DNA of 64,000 nucleotides from the human T2T-CHM13v2.0 reference genome, Homo sapiens. Below are positions 44,336-61,235 of the stretch, in pieces; position 1 is the stretch's first letter; every line of letters starts with the position of its first letter. The position numbers and the translations under genes were made by a program. Under the pieces are notes generated by a model that made no database searches, was not told the origin of the DNA, and saw only the letters and a program-made list of their open reading frames with translations. The DNA is taken from assembly GCF_009914755.1 (NCBI RefSeq), contig NC_060944.1. The stretch is one strand, 5' to 3'.

Positions 44336-47300
44336 GGAACACTTATTTTTCTCCTCAATATTCTTGCATTAATTTTCTTCTTCCACAGAATTGTCAATGA
44401 ATCATGGGTTTCACTCCACCACCAGTAATTGCTCTTCTCCTTCCAGGCTTCAGCCTTGAAGTATCAGCCCTCAGATTACTTGCTAATTATAAAGGAGGAA
44501 AGGTAGCTTTATATGGGTGTTATCTAGAGGCCATCGCTTTAGCTGAGGGGTCAAACTTTGCATTCCCAAGGCTGTGGAACATGGCATCATGTGGCCTCTG
44601 ATGTAATGCACTGAGAAGGGTACAATTGCAGGTCCTGCCAAAAACACATACACTGAATCTTGTCATGAGGAAAAAGCCACACAAATACAGTTGAGTACAT
44701 TATGCAAAAACTGGTTTGGACCCTTCAAAATGCCCATATGATGAAAGACAAAAATTAATAGAGAACTATTCTAGATGGAAGAACTATTCTAGATTAAAAA
44801 GACATGATGAAAATCAAATAAAATATGTGAGTGGATTCTGGATTTAAAAAGAAACTTTAAGGATATTGTTGGGAATATCTGGGAAAATTTAAATATAAAC
44901 CGTATATTCAATATTGTTAAAATGATATTAATTTTCTAAGGTGTACTAATGATATTGTGGTTGTGTAGGACAGTGCCATTTGAAGATACATACTTAAATA
45001 TTTAAAAGTTAACTGTCATGATGTCTGCAATTTACATTCAATGAGTTTCAGCATGAAAAACAAGTCAATATGACAAAATGAAAGTGATTGGTGAGTCTAG
45101 GTAAATGGTATATGGGTGTTCATTATACTATTCTTTTAATTCTAATGGTTTAACATTCTAAGATAAAACTGGGGAAAATATTTTGGATATTTGCACTAAG
45201 GCTTAAATGATAGACTTTCATTATTGATCAGGGTCTGAGTTTTCTGAGTTTGCCTTTAGGCAAAACAACAACAACAACAACAAACAAGAACAAGAGCAAA
45301 CACCTCAGAGTTTTCCTCTGAGGAAGTGAAGAAGTATCACATGTCAGGATGTCTTTGTGCACAACTCTCCTAGGAGGCTGGGGAAAGGCCACCCCCAAAA
45401 GACTTGCTCCATCCCTCCCAGGGGCATCTTTCTGTTTAAAGTCAGGACTTCTCTGCCGTGTGCAGACCACTACGCCTGAGCTCATTTTGGGTTTTGAGTT
45501 TTACCTCAGAAGCTGTTCTGTGCTTCCTTCTATTGCCCTTTCTGGGAATGTCTTGGGGTCATGTTGCTTTGGTGCTTTGTGCCATCCTCCATGAAACCAC
45601 AGGGAACACAGGAACTGTCATTATCTCTCCTCAATCCCTCTGCTTCTCAAACCACTCATCCTAGAGTCAGTATCCAACAGGAAGTGGATGCTGTTTGGTG
45701 AAACTCTGGCTGGCTCCACGGATCAACTCAAGGTCCACATATTATTTCACGAAGTGAAGGCATGCGTTTCTTACAAAAATTATTCCAAAGCAAGATCTGA
45801 AATTTCCAATTAAAAAATTTCTGGAAGATGGCAGAATAGGAAGCACCAGAAATCTGTCTTCCTACCTAGGTAACAATTGCATTGGCAGAATCTATCTGGT
45901 ATAACTATTTTGGAACTCTGGAGTCTACTGAAGGCTTTCCACTTCCAGGGGAAGGTTTTAGATGATAAATTGCAGTTAATTTTGGCCAATTTTAGCTCTT
46001 AGCACAGTAGCTACCCATCATCCACCCCTAAGCCCCATGGCAGGCAGCCATGCATATGTTCCTGGAGCAGGTTGCATGCAGCCTTTGGAAGTTGGAGTGG
46101 ACAAAAAGGACCTTGTTCTCTAAATATTGGGGATCCATGCTCTCATTGCTGATTGCTGCTTCCAATCACAGAGATGTAGACAAAGAGGTGGCACCCATTA
46201 TTGTTGCACCTTCCCCCATTGCTGCAAGCCCTGCCTTCTCTGGCTGAAGCAACTTCCTGAGGGTTTAAAGAGCCAGCATCCTTTATTTTTACCCTTTCAT
46301 TTTTCTTGTTTTCCCCCTTTTGGGAACCAGACACTAGAACCTAGTCTGAGGACTAGGACATTCAGAAGCAACTGCATATATGGGGGGAATAGAAAGTCAC
46401 CACACAGGTTCAGGGAAAGGCATAGGCTCAGAGACGATCTGAGAAGACTTTAAGTTTATACCTCAGGCTGATCTTTAACCCAGAGACAGCTACCACAATG
46501 CAAATAAGAAACAGAAATAAAAATAGAAATGCTAAGGAAAAGGGAGAATCTGATTTCCTGAATTACATTATTAGATTCAAATGTCCTATTTTCAACAACA
46601 AAAACAACAACAAATTACAAGGCATACAAAGGAACAGGAAAGTAGGGTTCATTTAAAGATTAAAAACCAAACCAACAGGAGTTATCCCTGAAAAATACCT
46701 GATGGCAAAGTCTTTAAAACAGCTGTCTTAAAGATGCTCAAAAAACCAAAGAAAGACATGGATAAAGTCAAGAAACTGACGTATGAACCAAATGGAAACA
46801 TCAGTAAAGAGAGAGAGAACCTAAAAAGAAACCAAGAAGAAATTCTGGCATTGAAAAGTACAATAACTGAAATTTAAAATTCACTAGAGGGATTCAAAAG
46901 CAAGTTTTTAAAGGCAGAAGAAGGGATTAGTGAACTTGAAGATATGACGATAGAAATTATTGAGTATGAACAACAGAAAGAAAAAGGATTAAGGAAAAGT
47001 GAACAGAGTCCAAGGGGCCTGTGGGACATCATTAAGAGGACCAAATACGTATTATGGGAGTTCCAGAGGAGAACAGAGAGAGAAAGGGCAGATAGAACAT
47101 TTGAAGAAATAATGGCTGAAAAATTCCCATGTTTGGTGAGAGACATGAATATAAATATCCAAGAAGCTCAACAAACTCCAAGTAGATGAACTCAAAGAAA
47201 CCTACACTGAGATACATTATAATCAAACTGTTGAAAGACAAAGACAAAGAGAGAATCTTGAAAACAGCAAGAGAGAAGCAATTCATCACACAGAAGAGAT

Positions 47301-47613
47301 TCTCAATAAGATTATTAACAGATTTCTCATCAGAAACTTTGGAGGCCAAAAGGCACTGGGCTTATATATTCAAAATGCTTTTTTTAAAAAACCACTATAA
47401 ACCAAGAATTCCATATCTGACAAAACTGACTTTCAATATTAATGGAGAAATTAAGACATTGATAGAAAAAGTAAAGCTGAGGGAATTCATTGCTACTAGA
47501 CCTGCCCTACAGAAAATGTTAAAGGGAGTCCTACAAGATGAAACAAAGGGACACTAGACAGTAACTGAAAGCTGTATGAAGTAATAAGGATCTCAGTAAA
47601 GGTGAAAACATGA

Positions 47614-48000
<387 letters not shown>

Positions 48001-51000
48001 TGATTTAAGATACTAATACATTAAAAGTTATTAGTCTAAGAGCTAATATAGTAACTTTGGTTTGTAACTTCACATTTTATTTTCTACATGATTTAAGACA
48101 TCAACACTTTAAAAAAATCCTTAGTTTAAAAGTTAATATCATTGTAACTTTGGTGTGTAACTCCACATTTTGTTGTGTACATGATTTAAGAGACTAATGA
48201 ATCAAAAACATTATCAGTTTATATTTTTGGACACATAATGAATAAAGATATTGTGATAACTGAAAAAGGTGAAGATGGAGCTGTTAAAGAAGCAGAGTTT
48301 TGTATGTTATTGAAGATAAATCAGTATAAATTCAAATTACAGTGTTATAACTTTAGGATGTTAAATGTTATCCCCATGGCAATATATCCTCAAAGAAAAG
48401 AGCTAAAGAATGTACATAAAAGGAAATGCAAAAAGAATTAAAAGATTTTACTATTAAAAAAATCAATGAAATGCAAATGAAGATAATAATGCATGAAACA
48501 GGGGCTAAAATAGCTATAAGGCCTATAAAGAACAAATATTAAAATGACAGAAGTAAGTCCTTGTTTATTAGTAATTACTTTAAATGTAGATGGATTCAAC
48601 TCTTCAAAACAGAGATCAAAAAAATAGATTAAAAAAATCTAACTATATGCTGCCTTCAAGAGACTCAAAGATTCAAATAGATTTAAAGTGAAAGAATGAA
48701 AAAGAATAGTCTATGTAAATAATAACCAAAAGAGAACAGTGGTGGCTGTAGTAATATCAGACAAAATAAAATTTGTAAATCAAAAAAGCTTACAAGAGAC
48801 AAAGAAGGACATCTCAATAAAAGGTTCAATATAGCAAGAATAGATAACATTTAAAAACATTTATACACCTAATAAAAGACCATCAAAATATAGGAAGCAA
48901 AAATGAATAGAACTGAAGAGGGACATAGTTATATAATAATAGTTGGGGACTCCAATATCTTATTTTCAATAATGGACAGAACAACCAGACAGAAAGTAAG
49001 TAAGGAAATAGAAAACTTGAACAATGTAATAAACTAGATTTAACAGACATATATGGAACATTGTACCCATCAAAAGAAAACACATTCTTCTCAAGTGCAC
49101 ATGGGACATTCTCATGGGTAGACAATACATTAGGCCACAAATCATATCTCAATAGATTTTTAAAAATAGATATCATATAAAGTATTTTTTTCTGATCACA
49201 ATAGGATAAAGTTAAAAGTCAGTAACAGAAAAGGAATAGAAAAATTCACAAATTTTGTGGAAATTAAACAACACACTTAAACAACCAATGGACCAAAGAA
49301 GAAATCACAAGAGAAACTAGAAAATACTTAGAGATGAATAGAAACAAAAACGCAACATACCAAAACTTACAGACACAGTGCTAAGGGGAAAACTTTGTCA
49401 CTACAAGTGCTTACATTAAAGAAACAAGGAAGACTTTAAATCAATAATCTAACTTTACACCTTAAGAAACTAGAAAAAGAAGATCAAACGAAACCCAAAG
49501 CTAACAGAAGGAAAGAAGTAACAGAGAGTAAAGCAGAGCTAAGTGAAATAGAGAATAGAAAAATAATAGATAAAATCAATACAACCAGAAATTGGTTCTT
49601 CAAATTGATAAACAAAATGAAAATCTGTTGGCTAGATGGACTAAGAAAAAATACAGAAGGGTCAAATTACTAAAATCAGAAATGAAAGTAGAGCTATTAC
49701 TACCAATTCTACAGAAATAAAAAGATTATAAGACTACTATGAGCAATATTATGGCAAAAAAATTGGATAACCGAGATGAAGTGAACCCATTCCTAGAAAC
49801 ACAAAACCTGCCAAGACTAAACCTTGAAGAAATAGAAAATTTAAATATACCTATAACTAGTAAGAAGATCAAATCAGTAGTCAAAAATTTTACGATAAAG
49901 AAAAACCTTGGACTTGATGGGTTCACTGGTGAAATTCTACCAAACTTTTAAAGAACTAATACCAATTCTCAAACTTTTCCAAAATTTGAGGGAACACTCC
50001 CTCACTCATTTAATGAGACCAGTTTTACCCTGATACTAAAGCCAGCCAAAGACATCATATAAAAAATAAAAAACCACAGCTCAATATCCCTTATTAACAT
50101 TGATGCAAATATCCTCAACAAAATACTAGCAAACTGAATTCAGCAGCATATTAAAACGATCATACACTATGACCAGGTAGGATGTATTCCTGGAATACAA
50201 GATAGTTTAATATATGAAAACCACTCAATGTAATACACCATATTAACAGAAAGAACGGAAAAAACTCACCTGATCATCTCAATTAATACAGAAAAGCATT
50301 TGAAAATTTAGCACCCTTTCATGATAAAAACACCCAACAGACTAGGAATGGAAGGACACTACCTCAACATAATAAAAGCCATATATGAAAAACTCATAAG
50401 GAACATCATACTCAATGGTGAAAGACTGAAATTCTTTTCTCTAATATCAGGAATAAGACAAGGATGCCCACTTCTACTCAACACAGTATGAGAAGTTTGA
50501 GCCAGAGCCATTAGTCAAGAAAAAGAAATAAAAGTCATCCAGGTTGTAAAATAAGTAAAATTATATGATTTTACAGATGATATGATTTTATATGTAGAAA
50601 ACTCTAAGGATTCCACAAAAAAACACTGTTAGAACAAATAAATTCAGTGAAGTGCCAGTATACAAGTCAATACACAAAAGTTAGTTGCATTTTTATACAC
50701 CAACAATAAACATCTGAAAAGAAAACTTTAAAAATTCCATTTACAATAGCATCAAAAAGGATACTTAGAAATTAACTTAAACAATTAAGACTTGTACAAT
50801 GAAAACTACAGAACATTTCTGAAAGAAATTAAAGAAGACATAAATAATTAGAAAGATGTCCTATGTTCATCGATTGGAGAAAAATATTGTTCAGATGTCA
50901 GTACTACCCAAGGTGGTCTGGAGATTTAATGCAATACCTGTCAAACTGCCAATAATTTTTTTTTGCAGAAATAGAAAAATCCATTCCAAAATTCATATGG

Positions 51001-51223
51001 AATCTCAAGGAATCCAGGATAGCTAAAACAATCTTGAAAAAGAAGAGCAAAGTTTGAGGACTCACACTTCCTGATTTCAAAACTTACTATAAATCTACAG
51101 TAATCAAAACAGTGTGCTATTGACGTAAATACAGACATAGAGAGTTCAGAAATAAACCTCAGACATATGGTCAAACGAGTTTTGAAAAGAATGCCTACCA
51201 TTCACTGGGGGAGAAGACAGTCT

Positions 51224-51539
<316 letters not shown>

Positions 51540-54500
51540 AAGGCAGTCTGAAAAATAAATAGTGCTGGGAAAATTGGATATTCAAATGCAAAAGAATAAA
51601 GTTGTTCCATTACCTAACACTGTATAAAAAATTAGTTCAAAATGGATCCATGATCTAAATGTAAGACCCAAAACTATAGAACCTTTGGGAGAAAGCATAG
51701 GACAAACACTTCATAACATTGGATTTGGCAATGATTTCTTGGTTGTGACACAAAAGGCACAGGCAACAAAAGAAAAATAGACAAATTGGACTTCATGAAA
51801 GTTAAAAACTTTTGTGTATCAAAAGACAGTATCAACAGAGTAAAAAAAGCAACCCACAGAATTGGAGAAAATATTTGCAAATCATAAGTCTGATAAGGTA
51901 TTAATACCCAGAATATGTACAGAACTCCTGAAACTCAACAATAAAACAACTAAATTAAAAAGGCATGAATAGATACTTCTCCAAAGAAGATGTACGAATG
52001 GCCAACAAACATATGAAAAGGTGTTCAATATCACTGATCACTAGGCAAATGCAAATCAAAATTACAATGAGATACCATCTGATACCTATTAGCTACCTAT
52101 TATCAAAAGGCCAGAAAATCACAAGTGTTGATGAGGATATGGAGAAATTGGAACCCTTATGCCAACTGCTGGTGGGAATGCAAAAATGGTATAGCTGCTG
52201 TGGAAAATAGTATGGCAGTCCCTTGAGAAATTAAAAATAGAATGACCATATGATCTGGCAACTACACTTCTAGGTATATAGTCAAAAGAACTGAAAGCAG
52301 GGTCTTAAAGAGACATTTGTACACCCATGTTCATAGCAACATTTTTCACTATAGCCAAAACAAAGAAGCAACCTAAGTGCCCATCCACAGATGAATGGGT
52401 AAGCAAAAATGTGGATATGTATAATGGAATATTATTCATTTTTGAATACGGAGGACATTCTGTCATATGCTACAACATGGATAAACCAGAAAGACATCAA
52501 GCCAGGCAAATAAGCCAGTCAGAAAAAGACAAATACTGTATGAGTCCACTTATATGAGGTACTCAGTCAAAATCCTAGGGACAGAAAGTAAAATGGTGGT
52601 TTCCAGGAGCTGGGGGAAGGAGAAAACGAAGAGTTATTGTTCAGTGGGCATAGAGTTTGAGTTTTGCAAGGCAGTGTGTTTTGGACATAGATGGTGGTGA
52701 TGGAAAACAATTTGAATGTACTTAATACCACTAAACTGGACACTTTAAAGTGGTTAAGATAAATTTTGTGTTGTGTGTATTTTACCACAATAAAAAAAGT
52801 GGAAAAACTTTTCCTCCCTCCTTATGGTGCCTTCCAAAGCCAGACCCAGCTGGGCTTCTGGGCCCCTGATGCTGAATCATTCCTCTTCCTATCCACTAGG
52901 CTCTCATGGTGAATTTCCAAAGCTGGGCTGCTGCTACTTTAGGGGCTTCTTGCACCCACCATCCAACTCTTTATGTGGCTTCTGAGTAGCGTTGCCATCT
53001 ATCTTTGGGAAACTCCCACTCTTCTTTTATGTGGCCAGAGGGTAACAGAGCTATCTGTCCTCTCTAGTGCTCCATGTTCAATTTAAGGAACTAGTGAAAA
53101 GTGAGCTTCGTTGGACTCACTTGCAGTAAATTCCTTGCTACAACCCTCTAAGCAGGAGACAAACGATGGGAAACCTGACTGTGGTGGGTACCAAATGGTG
53201 ATCACCCAAATTGTTGTCATGAAATCTACCCCCCTTTCCACATCTCATCAGTGGAGAACTAGAAGTTTCTAGAAATAAAGCTCATAACCATCTAGTGTTT
53301 CTGGGAGTTTAAGCAGATTGTTTTAAAGATTCACTGGCCTTATTTATGCCCTCAGAGTGAGTACTATCTTTGCATCCTCTCTGCTGGCCCAGACTGCAAC
53401 ACTCCACATTCTTGCCCACCTAATCTTTTCTGCCATAACATGAGAGCTGGTTTCCTAAGATGACTTGGATTATAAAAATTGTGTTAGAAAATAATTATTT
53501 CAATAGAAGTATGTTAAGGGCTTGGAAGTGTACATACTTTTTTTTTCTGAAGAATTTCAATTATAAAGGGAGTTTAAAAATTACCCAATAAACATATGGT
53601 AATAGAACTTACTCATCACCAAGCAAATCACTGCTGATTATTCTGAGCCAAAATAATGACATTTTTTTCTTTCTTAATCACTCATTGTTTTAATCAACAC
53701 AGTATAATGCCAGTCAAACAAAATAGCTTGTCCCCACCTACAGCAGGGTATTAAAATTCTTGCTGTAGGGGAAGTGCCCAGAGAAGACACCTTTGTGGGA
53801 GCTGTTTCCTCAAGCCAAGCTTAAATCTTTTACACAGGTATAAGAATGCTCTAAATGTGACTAAGTAACCATTGCCTTCGAGCAGAAAGCATGTATGGTA
53901 ACTGCCTGCCATTTTGATCTGAACACAAGTGGCCCTGAGCTGAGGGAATCCATTTCCCTCAGGTTTTGCATGTCAGCAAAACTAGGTAGAGGAGGTGACT
54001 CTTAACTGGTTTTGAATGATAAGTTGGTGGCCTAGGGAAGGGAAAGGAAGGGAATGAGTAGGCTGGTGACCACTGGTATGGAACTATAATACAGCATGGC
54101 ACATCCTGGGAACCATAGGTGAGGCTGCAGAGTTGGGTAAGAGGCAGAGCATGGCAGTGAAAGCTAATACAAAGAGGACATCTCACCTCCTGGTACCTTA
54201 AGGAATTTAGACTTCATTCCCTAAGTCAGTAGTTTTTTGTTTTTGTCATTTGTGGATCATTTATTAGATACCATTACTCCAGAGGACCAGTGATTTTAGG
54301 TAAATTAAGAAGAAATGACTCAATATAATCTTAATATAACAAGGGCATGATGCTTTTTTTTTTTAAAAAAAAATAATAATTGTTTCACTCACTGAGATGA
54401 TGTGTTATGCAGTCTGGTCAAGGCTCAAAGATAGAGAAGTTGTGCCATCATATCCTATTAATTTCTTTTCTTGGTCATTCTAAAATTAGAGATTTCCAAC

Positions 54501-55814
54501 TCACAATACACAGTGGGAATGGCAGTCAATATTTGGCTGCTCTTTTGGGTGAATCTGCATCTTTGGATGGCACAGAGACAGAAGTTAGAGGATTCTCTCA
54601 GAAGACCACATTCAGCACTTTGTCAGACATGAAGTCAACCAGACACCACATTTGATAGCTGGAGAGTCAAGTGTTTCACCCTGAGAGGGAGTCATGAATG
54701 GATTCATATCCACTCTTTGGTTGAATTCTCTGTCAAGAAAAAAAATCGAGAGTTGGCAAAGGGTCAGATGGTCAAAATGAAGCCATTTGTACAATATTTC
54801 ACTTTGATTCAAAGTTTTTTTTTAGCTCTGTGAATATGTTTATTACACACATGTCTTTTACAGCCAGGTTGCTAAAGACACACCTGAGTCAGTCTTATTC
54901 TTGATCCGTTATAGCTTCTCTGGTTTCCACTGTAATTACTTTTGGTTTCTATCTTTATCCTTTAAAAAAAATCCCTAGGAGAAGCCCAGGGCTGCAAGTG
55001 TCTTTAAAGTGTTGGTGATCAAGATATCCTGCCATTTACATTAATTCTCACAGCTAGCTGAGTCCTTCATTCATCGACACACCAGCCAGGTGATCCACCA
55101 CTCAGATATTCTTTTGTTTTGATGTTTCACCGTGATACATGTATGTGTAAACCTTTTTAAAAAAACCAGACTTACTTTACTGAATCCTTATGAGAATATT
55201 TTAATTTGTGGATTTCAGTCCCTATTCAATGCTGAGAAATCCTTAGCTGTTCTCTCTTCAAATATTAATAATATTTTTGCACTATTTTTCCTGTTTTTGA
55301 ATTATCTTCCTTTCTACTTCCTTTGGTTTAAGGCTGCTGTTTCTGTTTTCTATAACCTGGGCTTTTACCTATGCTGTTTCCGCTGTCTGGAATGTCCTTC
55401 CCACCAAACCTACCCTTCCCCAACTCCTCCAAAGTTCAACTTAAATAACTCCTTTTCTGTGTAATCTCTTTTGGTCCTTAGTTGGATATACCCATCCCTC
55501 TTTCGTGCTCTGATCATACAAGATTGTAAACTCTTTGAGGCCCTGATGGTGGCCTCCATTTCTTTGTACTTCTCACAGGTCCTAGTACATTACAAGACAT
55601 AAGAAATTCATGGCCTACTGGTTGCTTGATTTTGATATATGAAAAAGTGTTAGAAATTCATCACAGAGAGCAAAAACAGAACTCTGGTTCAGGAAGAAAG
55701 AATGGGGAACATGGGGCCTTCTCAGATAATTGGATACACTGTCCATGTACAGACATAGATTATGTGAACAAATGGAGACTGCTACCTCAGTGATGATGAC
55801 AGCCGATTAACAGC

Positions 55815-56212
55815 TGCCTTAGTCAGTTCAGGCTGCCATAATGGAATACCATATACTGGGTGGCCTAAACAACAGAAATTTATTTCTTAGAGTTCAGCTG
55901 TCTGGGAAGCCCAAGATCAAGGTGCCAGCAAGTCGAGTGTCTGCTGAGGGCCTGCTTCCTGGTTTGCAGATGGCTGTCTTTTTTCTGTGCCCTCCCTCAG
56001 TGGAGAGCAGAGAGAGGGGAAGCAAGTGCTTTTTTATCAGGGTCTCTTCTTGTAAGCAGCTTTTCTTATAAGGGCACTAATCCCATTCATGTGGGTTCTA
56101 TCCTTATGATATAATCACCTCCCAAAGGCCCCACCTCCTAATACCACCACATTGGGAGTTAGGATTTCAACATATAAATTTTGGGGGTGGGACACAGTCT
56201 ATCAGTCCATAA
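55815..56212 (-). mobile_element. MaLR LTR (MLT1A-like)
   Basis: ttagtcagttcaggctgccataa...aacaacagaaatttatttct...aagatcaaggtgccagca. Confidence 0.8.
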
Positions 56213-57374
56213 GAGCAGTAATATTTATTAGATGTCTATTTTGTGGTAGCCACTGCTAAGCACTTTGTTTCATTGTTAAAATTCATACTCAAAAGAGCGC
56301 TATGAGGGAGGCAGTGTGATTCTCAGTTTCCAACTGAGGACACCGAGGCTCAGAGGCAGTGAGTGATGTGACCGAGGACACACAGCTCATGAACCGCTAA
56401 GCTGAGACGGGTCTGTCTTACTCCCGGGTGTGCTCAGATGACCACAATGTTACAAGGTCTCCCTAAAGGCGATGGGCGGTATACACAGGACCAGATTGCT
56501 TAGTAACCACTGAACATGTAGAGTGTGTTGTTTGGCCAGAACCACAGCTAAAACTTGCTTTTTTGTCCTGTAAATGCTAATTTTGTGGCAACTGGGTACT
56601 CTTGTGGCCCAGCCACCTCTAAACCAAAATCACTCTTAGACTTTTGGAATCAGCTTTGGAGAACTACTTACATCACTGAAACTTAAAAATGGGGAGTAGT
56701 AATTGTACTTACACTTGAAGTATTATTCATGCAGTCCTCAGAGAATATCTGAACATTCTTTTACCTCTCAGATAATTTACAAATGCCTTGAATGTCAACA
56801 TCGAAGTGTCAATGACATGAAGAATTTGCCCATGTTTATGTTTTTATATTAGTGGAGGGAGCACGCAATCCCCCACGAACTGTAAAGTCCTATCATTTAT
56901 GGAACAAACCCGACAAACCTGCCAGGTTTTTCTGGTCATAACAATTTTGTTTTGGCTTGATCTATTTTTTCTGGTATTTCAAAGAGTTGTGATTTTCTTA
57001 CAGACTCTGTGATGTTAATTATACGATAGCAAAATGCTGTCTCTTTGCAATTTTGTAAATAGGTCTGAGAATAAATTAGGGTGGTGGGAGTAACCACCTT
57101 CCAAATGTGGATGCCAAGGTTATGAGTTTTGTTTTCTTGAGCATTGAGGTTACTGTGGGTGGAATGAGTGACTCTCTCAAAATTGGGCAGGAAAACTAAG
57201 ACTACCAGTTCCCAAGGTAGCATAATTTTTGGGGTAGGTCAGAGGAAATGTGGGAAGGAATCATGTGGGAGGGTCATGCAAGGTGATGGTCTCCTACACG
57301 GTCCCCTTTAGAACACTCTTGACATGACCACCTAAGCCATAGCCCCCTCCTGAGAGGTTCCCACATAAAGATCA

Positions 57375-57813
57375 GTGGATTGAAGTGTGTACCCCTAAAA
57401 GATATGCTGAAGTCCTAACCTCCAGTACCCATGAATGTGGTCTTACTTGGAAGTAAGGTCTTTGCAGGTGTAATCAAGTTAAAATAAGATCACCAGAGTG
57501 GGCCCTAATCCAATATGACTGTGTTCTTATAAGAAGAGAGAAATTTGGACACAGGCACATACACAGAGGGCAGATGGCCAAGTGAAGATAGAGACAGATT
57601 GGAGTTGTATGGCCACAAACAAAGAATGCCTGGTTCTACCAGTAGCTGGACGAGGCAAGGAAGTCTCCTCCTACAGTGGCTTTGGAGGGAGCATGACCCT
57701 GCTAACACCTTGATTTTGGACTTCTAGCCTCCAGAACCATGAGAAGAAATTTCTGTTGTTTTAAGCCACCCGGTTGGTGGTACTTTGTTGCAGCAGCCTT
57801 TGGAACCTAATAC
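57375..57813 (+). mobile_element. MaLR LTR (MLT1B/C-like)
   Basis: gaagtcctaacctccagtacc...ttttaagccacc...tttgttgcagcagcc. Confidence 0.82.
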
Positions 57814-58899
57814 GGTCAGTGACACTGGCTATTACTTAGAAATACTCGAGGAGCTCTTGGAAAATACCAATGCCTGGGCCTCCACCCTAGATGAACAGAA
57901 ATCAAATTTCCATGGTTTCAGCCTTGGGCTGGGCATTTTTTAATGCCCTCGGGTAATTCTAATGTGTAGCCAAGGCTGTGAACCATTGATACAGGTCATT
58001 ATTCTTGTACCCCAGACCCACCTTTCCCAGGCTACACCTAATGAGGCCAGTGATTGGCACGTAACCCAAAGGTAGGTATGACCCGCCTTTACAGTTCAAT
58101 AACTCTGCCCAACGTGACTCAATCAGATCTTCTCTATTGGAAAATTAGAATGTAAAGTATCACACAATATTAGCAGACAGTTGAGGGGCAGAGAAATGGA
58201 GAGAAGGCAGTGGGGAAAAGCCCAAAGGAGGAGAAGCCATGGGTGAGAGCGAGGTCTGGGGCAGAGAAGTCAGTGGTGGGGAAGTGGGGGAGGAGCTACG
58301 GAGAAAAGCAGAAATGCAGGTGTTCAGTCTGAGCCTGGAAGACTTCTTGGGTTGCTATAGGATTCTCAAGGTGACCAACAGAGACCCGGTGCTGCTGCGG
58401 TGTCGGCAACAGGGATGAAGGATACTCCATTCTCTACAACCTTGTTACACTGTGTGATCTGTGGACTGGCAGCATTAGCATCACCTGGGAGCTCATTAGA
58501 AATGCAGAATATTAGGCCCCGCCTTCCACTTCCTGACTCCAGATCCCCAGATGATTCATTTGCTCACTAAGTTTGACAAGCACAACTGTCTAAGGCCTGG
58601 CTGAGTAGCTCCAGTGTCATTTCCTGAGCTTCCTTACTCCTGTTTATCCTTATACAAGTTGAATCACTTGAGGGAACCTGAAGGAGACGGGGGTCTCTGT
58701 TTCTTGCAGCCTGAATGATCTTCCCTGATGGAAGGCAGAAATAATTTTCTGTGTAAGAGCTCTGTGAAGCTGGAGAGATTTTGAAAATGAGTCTGGATGT
58801 TAGGGATTGCTGGACGCTACCTGTGCCATTCATCATAGTTGGTATGATTTCAGTAATACTTGGTACCACCAAGGCAAAGCTTTGCAAGTATCTCTGGTT

Positions 58900-59085
58900 C
58901 AGTGGTTCTCAGAGTGTGGTGTCTGCACAAGCAGCTTCAGCATCTCCGGGAAACTTGTTAGAAATGCAGATACTCAGACCCCACTGTAGACCTGCCAAAT
59001 CAGATTCTCTCGAGGCCCGGCAATCTGTACTGCAACAAACCCAGCAGATGGGTCTGGTGCCCACTAACATCTGAAAACCGCTGCC
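58900..59085. mobile_element. MER5A MITE
   Basis: cagtggttctcagagtgtggt...cttgttagaaatgcaga...gaaaaccgctg. Confidence 0.75.
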
Positions 59086-59499
59086 CTTCTCTATTGTTTT
59101 TACGCTATTGATTCTCTCGTCTTCAGAACTACTGGGCAAAGGACCTGGGCATGTCATTCTAATCTATTGGTAATAACACTGGTGGGGATGCTCTATTTGT
59201 AATGATCCCAAACTGAAAATGACCCGTATGCCCACAACAGCAGAATGGATAAACAAATTGTGGTACATTCACACACTGGAAGATAGCAAGGGAGATGAAT
59301 GATTTACAGCTGCAGACCCAATGTTGAATGAAAGAAGCCAGACACAAACGAGTTCATGCTGTATGATTTCATTTGTATAAAATATAAAAACAGGCAAAAA
59401 TAACCTATGTTTTGAGAAGTCAGGCTTTCCACATGTTGCTGCGTCTCCCTGGGATATTTCCCCCTCTCCACCCTGTCCCCTCAGCTCTTCCCTGTCTAG

Positions 59500-59846
<347 letters not shown>

Positions 59847-61235
59847 TAGATGTGCTTCTTCAGAATCTTTCTCTATCACCTTGTTGAGAAGTCACACAGG
59901 AGAGGGTACTTCCTGGAAGGAGACAGATGGGGGGTGTAGCGGGCATTTGTAGTGTTCTGTTGCTTGCTGTGAATGCTTATGACAGTGGTGTGTTCTTTTT
60001 GTAAAAAACATATCAAGCTGTAAGCTTACCATTTTTGCACTTTTCTGTCTGTATGCTATTATACTTCCATACAAATTTTTAAAAGTATTGGTGGGTGTCG
60101 TAAAGTGTTTGAATCCTGATGTGATTTTCCTACAGCATTTTTTTTTTACAGCCTATAATTTGAGGTTTTGGTCCATCTCTTGCTTTCAGTGCATGAGATG
60201 AGGAACGTTAGTGACCCGTGTGGTTGTGTGGATTAATTTCTAAAACCTCACTTGGAACAGAGTGCTAACAGTTGCAAATGATTAGGAGTTTATGAAGTGC
60301 TTTAAAATACATCTTGGTAGTGTTTTAGGGTAAAGTTTTGTCAGTGTAATTTAGTTTTTAATTAATGAATGACTTCCCCAGATTGTTTTTTAAAAAAATA
60401 CCGGTTTCACCATTTTTTTCCCCTAGAGGACCCTCTTAAATCATGTTTGGAATTTCATAAAAGAGAAAATGTCTGTGTGATTATTTGTTCTCCATAAGGT
60501 GGTAAATACATGGGCAGAGCTTTTAGAGGAAGTGATTTTATTGAGTAAAATGAGCCTCTAGGAGATGCTTTGAACTTACAACGAAGACATTCACAAATCA
60601 TTACAGCTGCTTTCCAGAAAGCACAAATACTTATTACATATGCCTGGCTTAACCTGAATTTTAGATAAGTAACACAAAGGAGAAACAACAACAGAAAAAC
60701 CCAACATGATCCGCATTTATTCAAACCCCACATGGCATGGTGCAGCCCCTCTGCTGTTATAATTGACAGGGTAGTTTAGGAAAGAATAATGCTCCCCTCT
60801 GACAGTTGCAGGGCCTGGTCTTATTTTCATTACACAGATTGGGGTTTAATGGGAAAATCCCACTGCAACTCTATCCTAATTAGATTCCTGGGTTTTGGGG
60901 TGAAAGGAATATTCAAGGTCCTTTTGTACAATCTGCCTATTTGACGGTAAGTGAAATGAAGCCCACAGAGGCTAAAGTGACCTCCCGAAGGCTGTATGCT
61001 GGGTTAGTGAAAAAGCTTGGCTGTGAACTTGGAGTTCTGGGCTTTTTCCAGGGACAAGGTGAAAGTCTAGCAGAGAGCTGGTCTCCGTGGAGAGGGTCGG
61101 GAAGTGATGGGAGCCTGAGGACCTAAAGCAGCTCAAGCTGTTTTCCAAAGCGAGGTAGGCTCACACTGGAAAGCTTGAGCATTCCAATCTGGCCTCCTTC
61201 ACTGTTTCTCCTACAGCATATTCAGACTGGAGTAT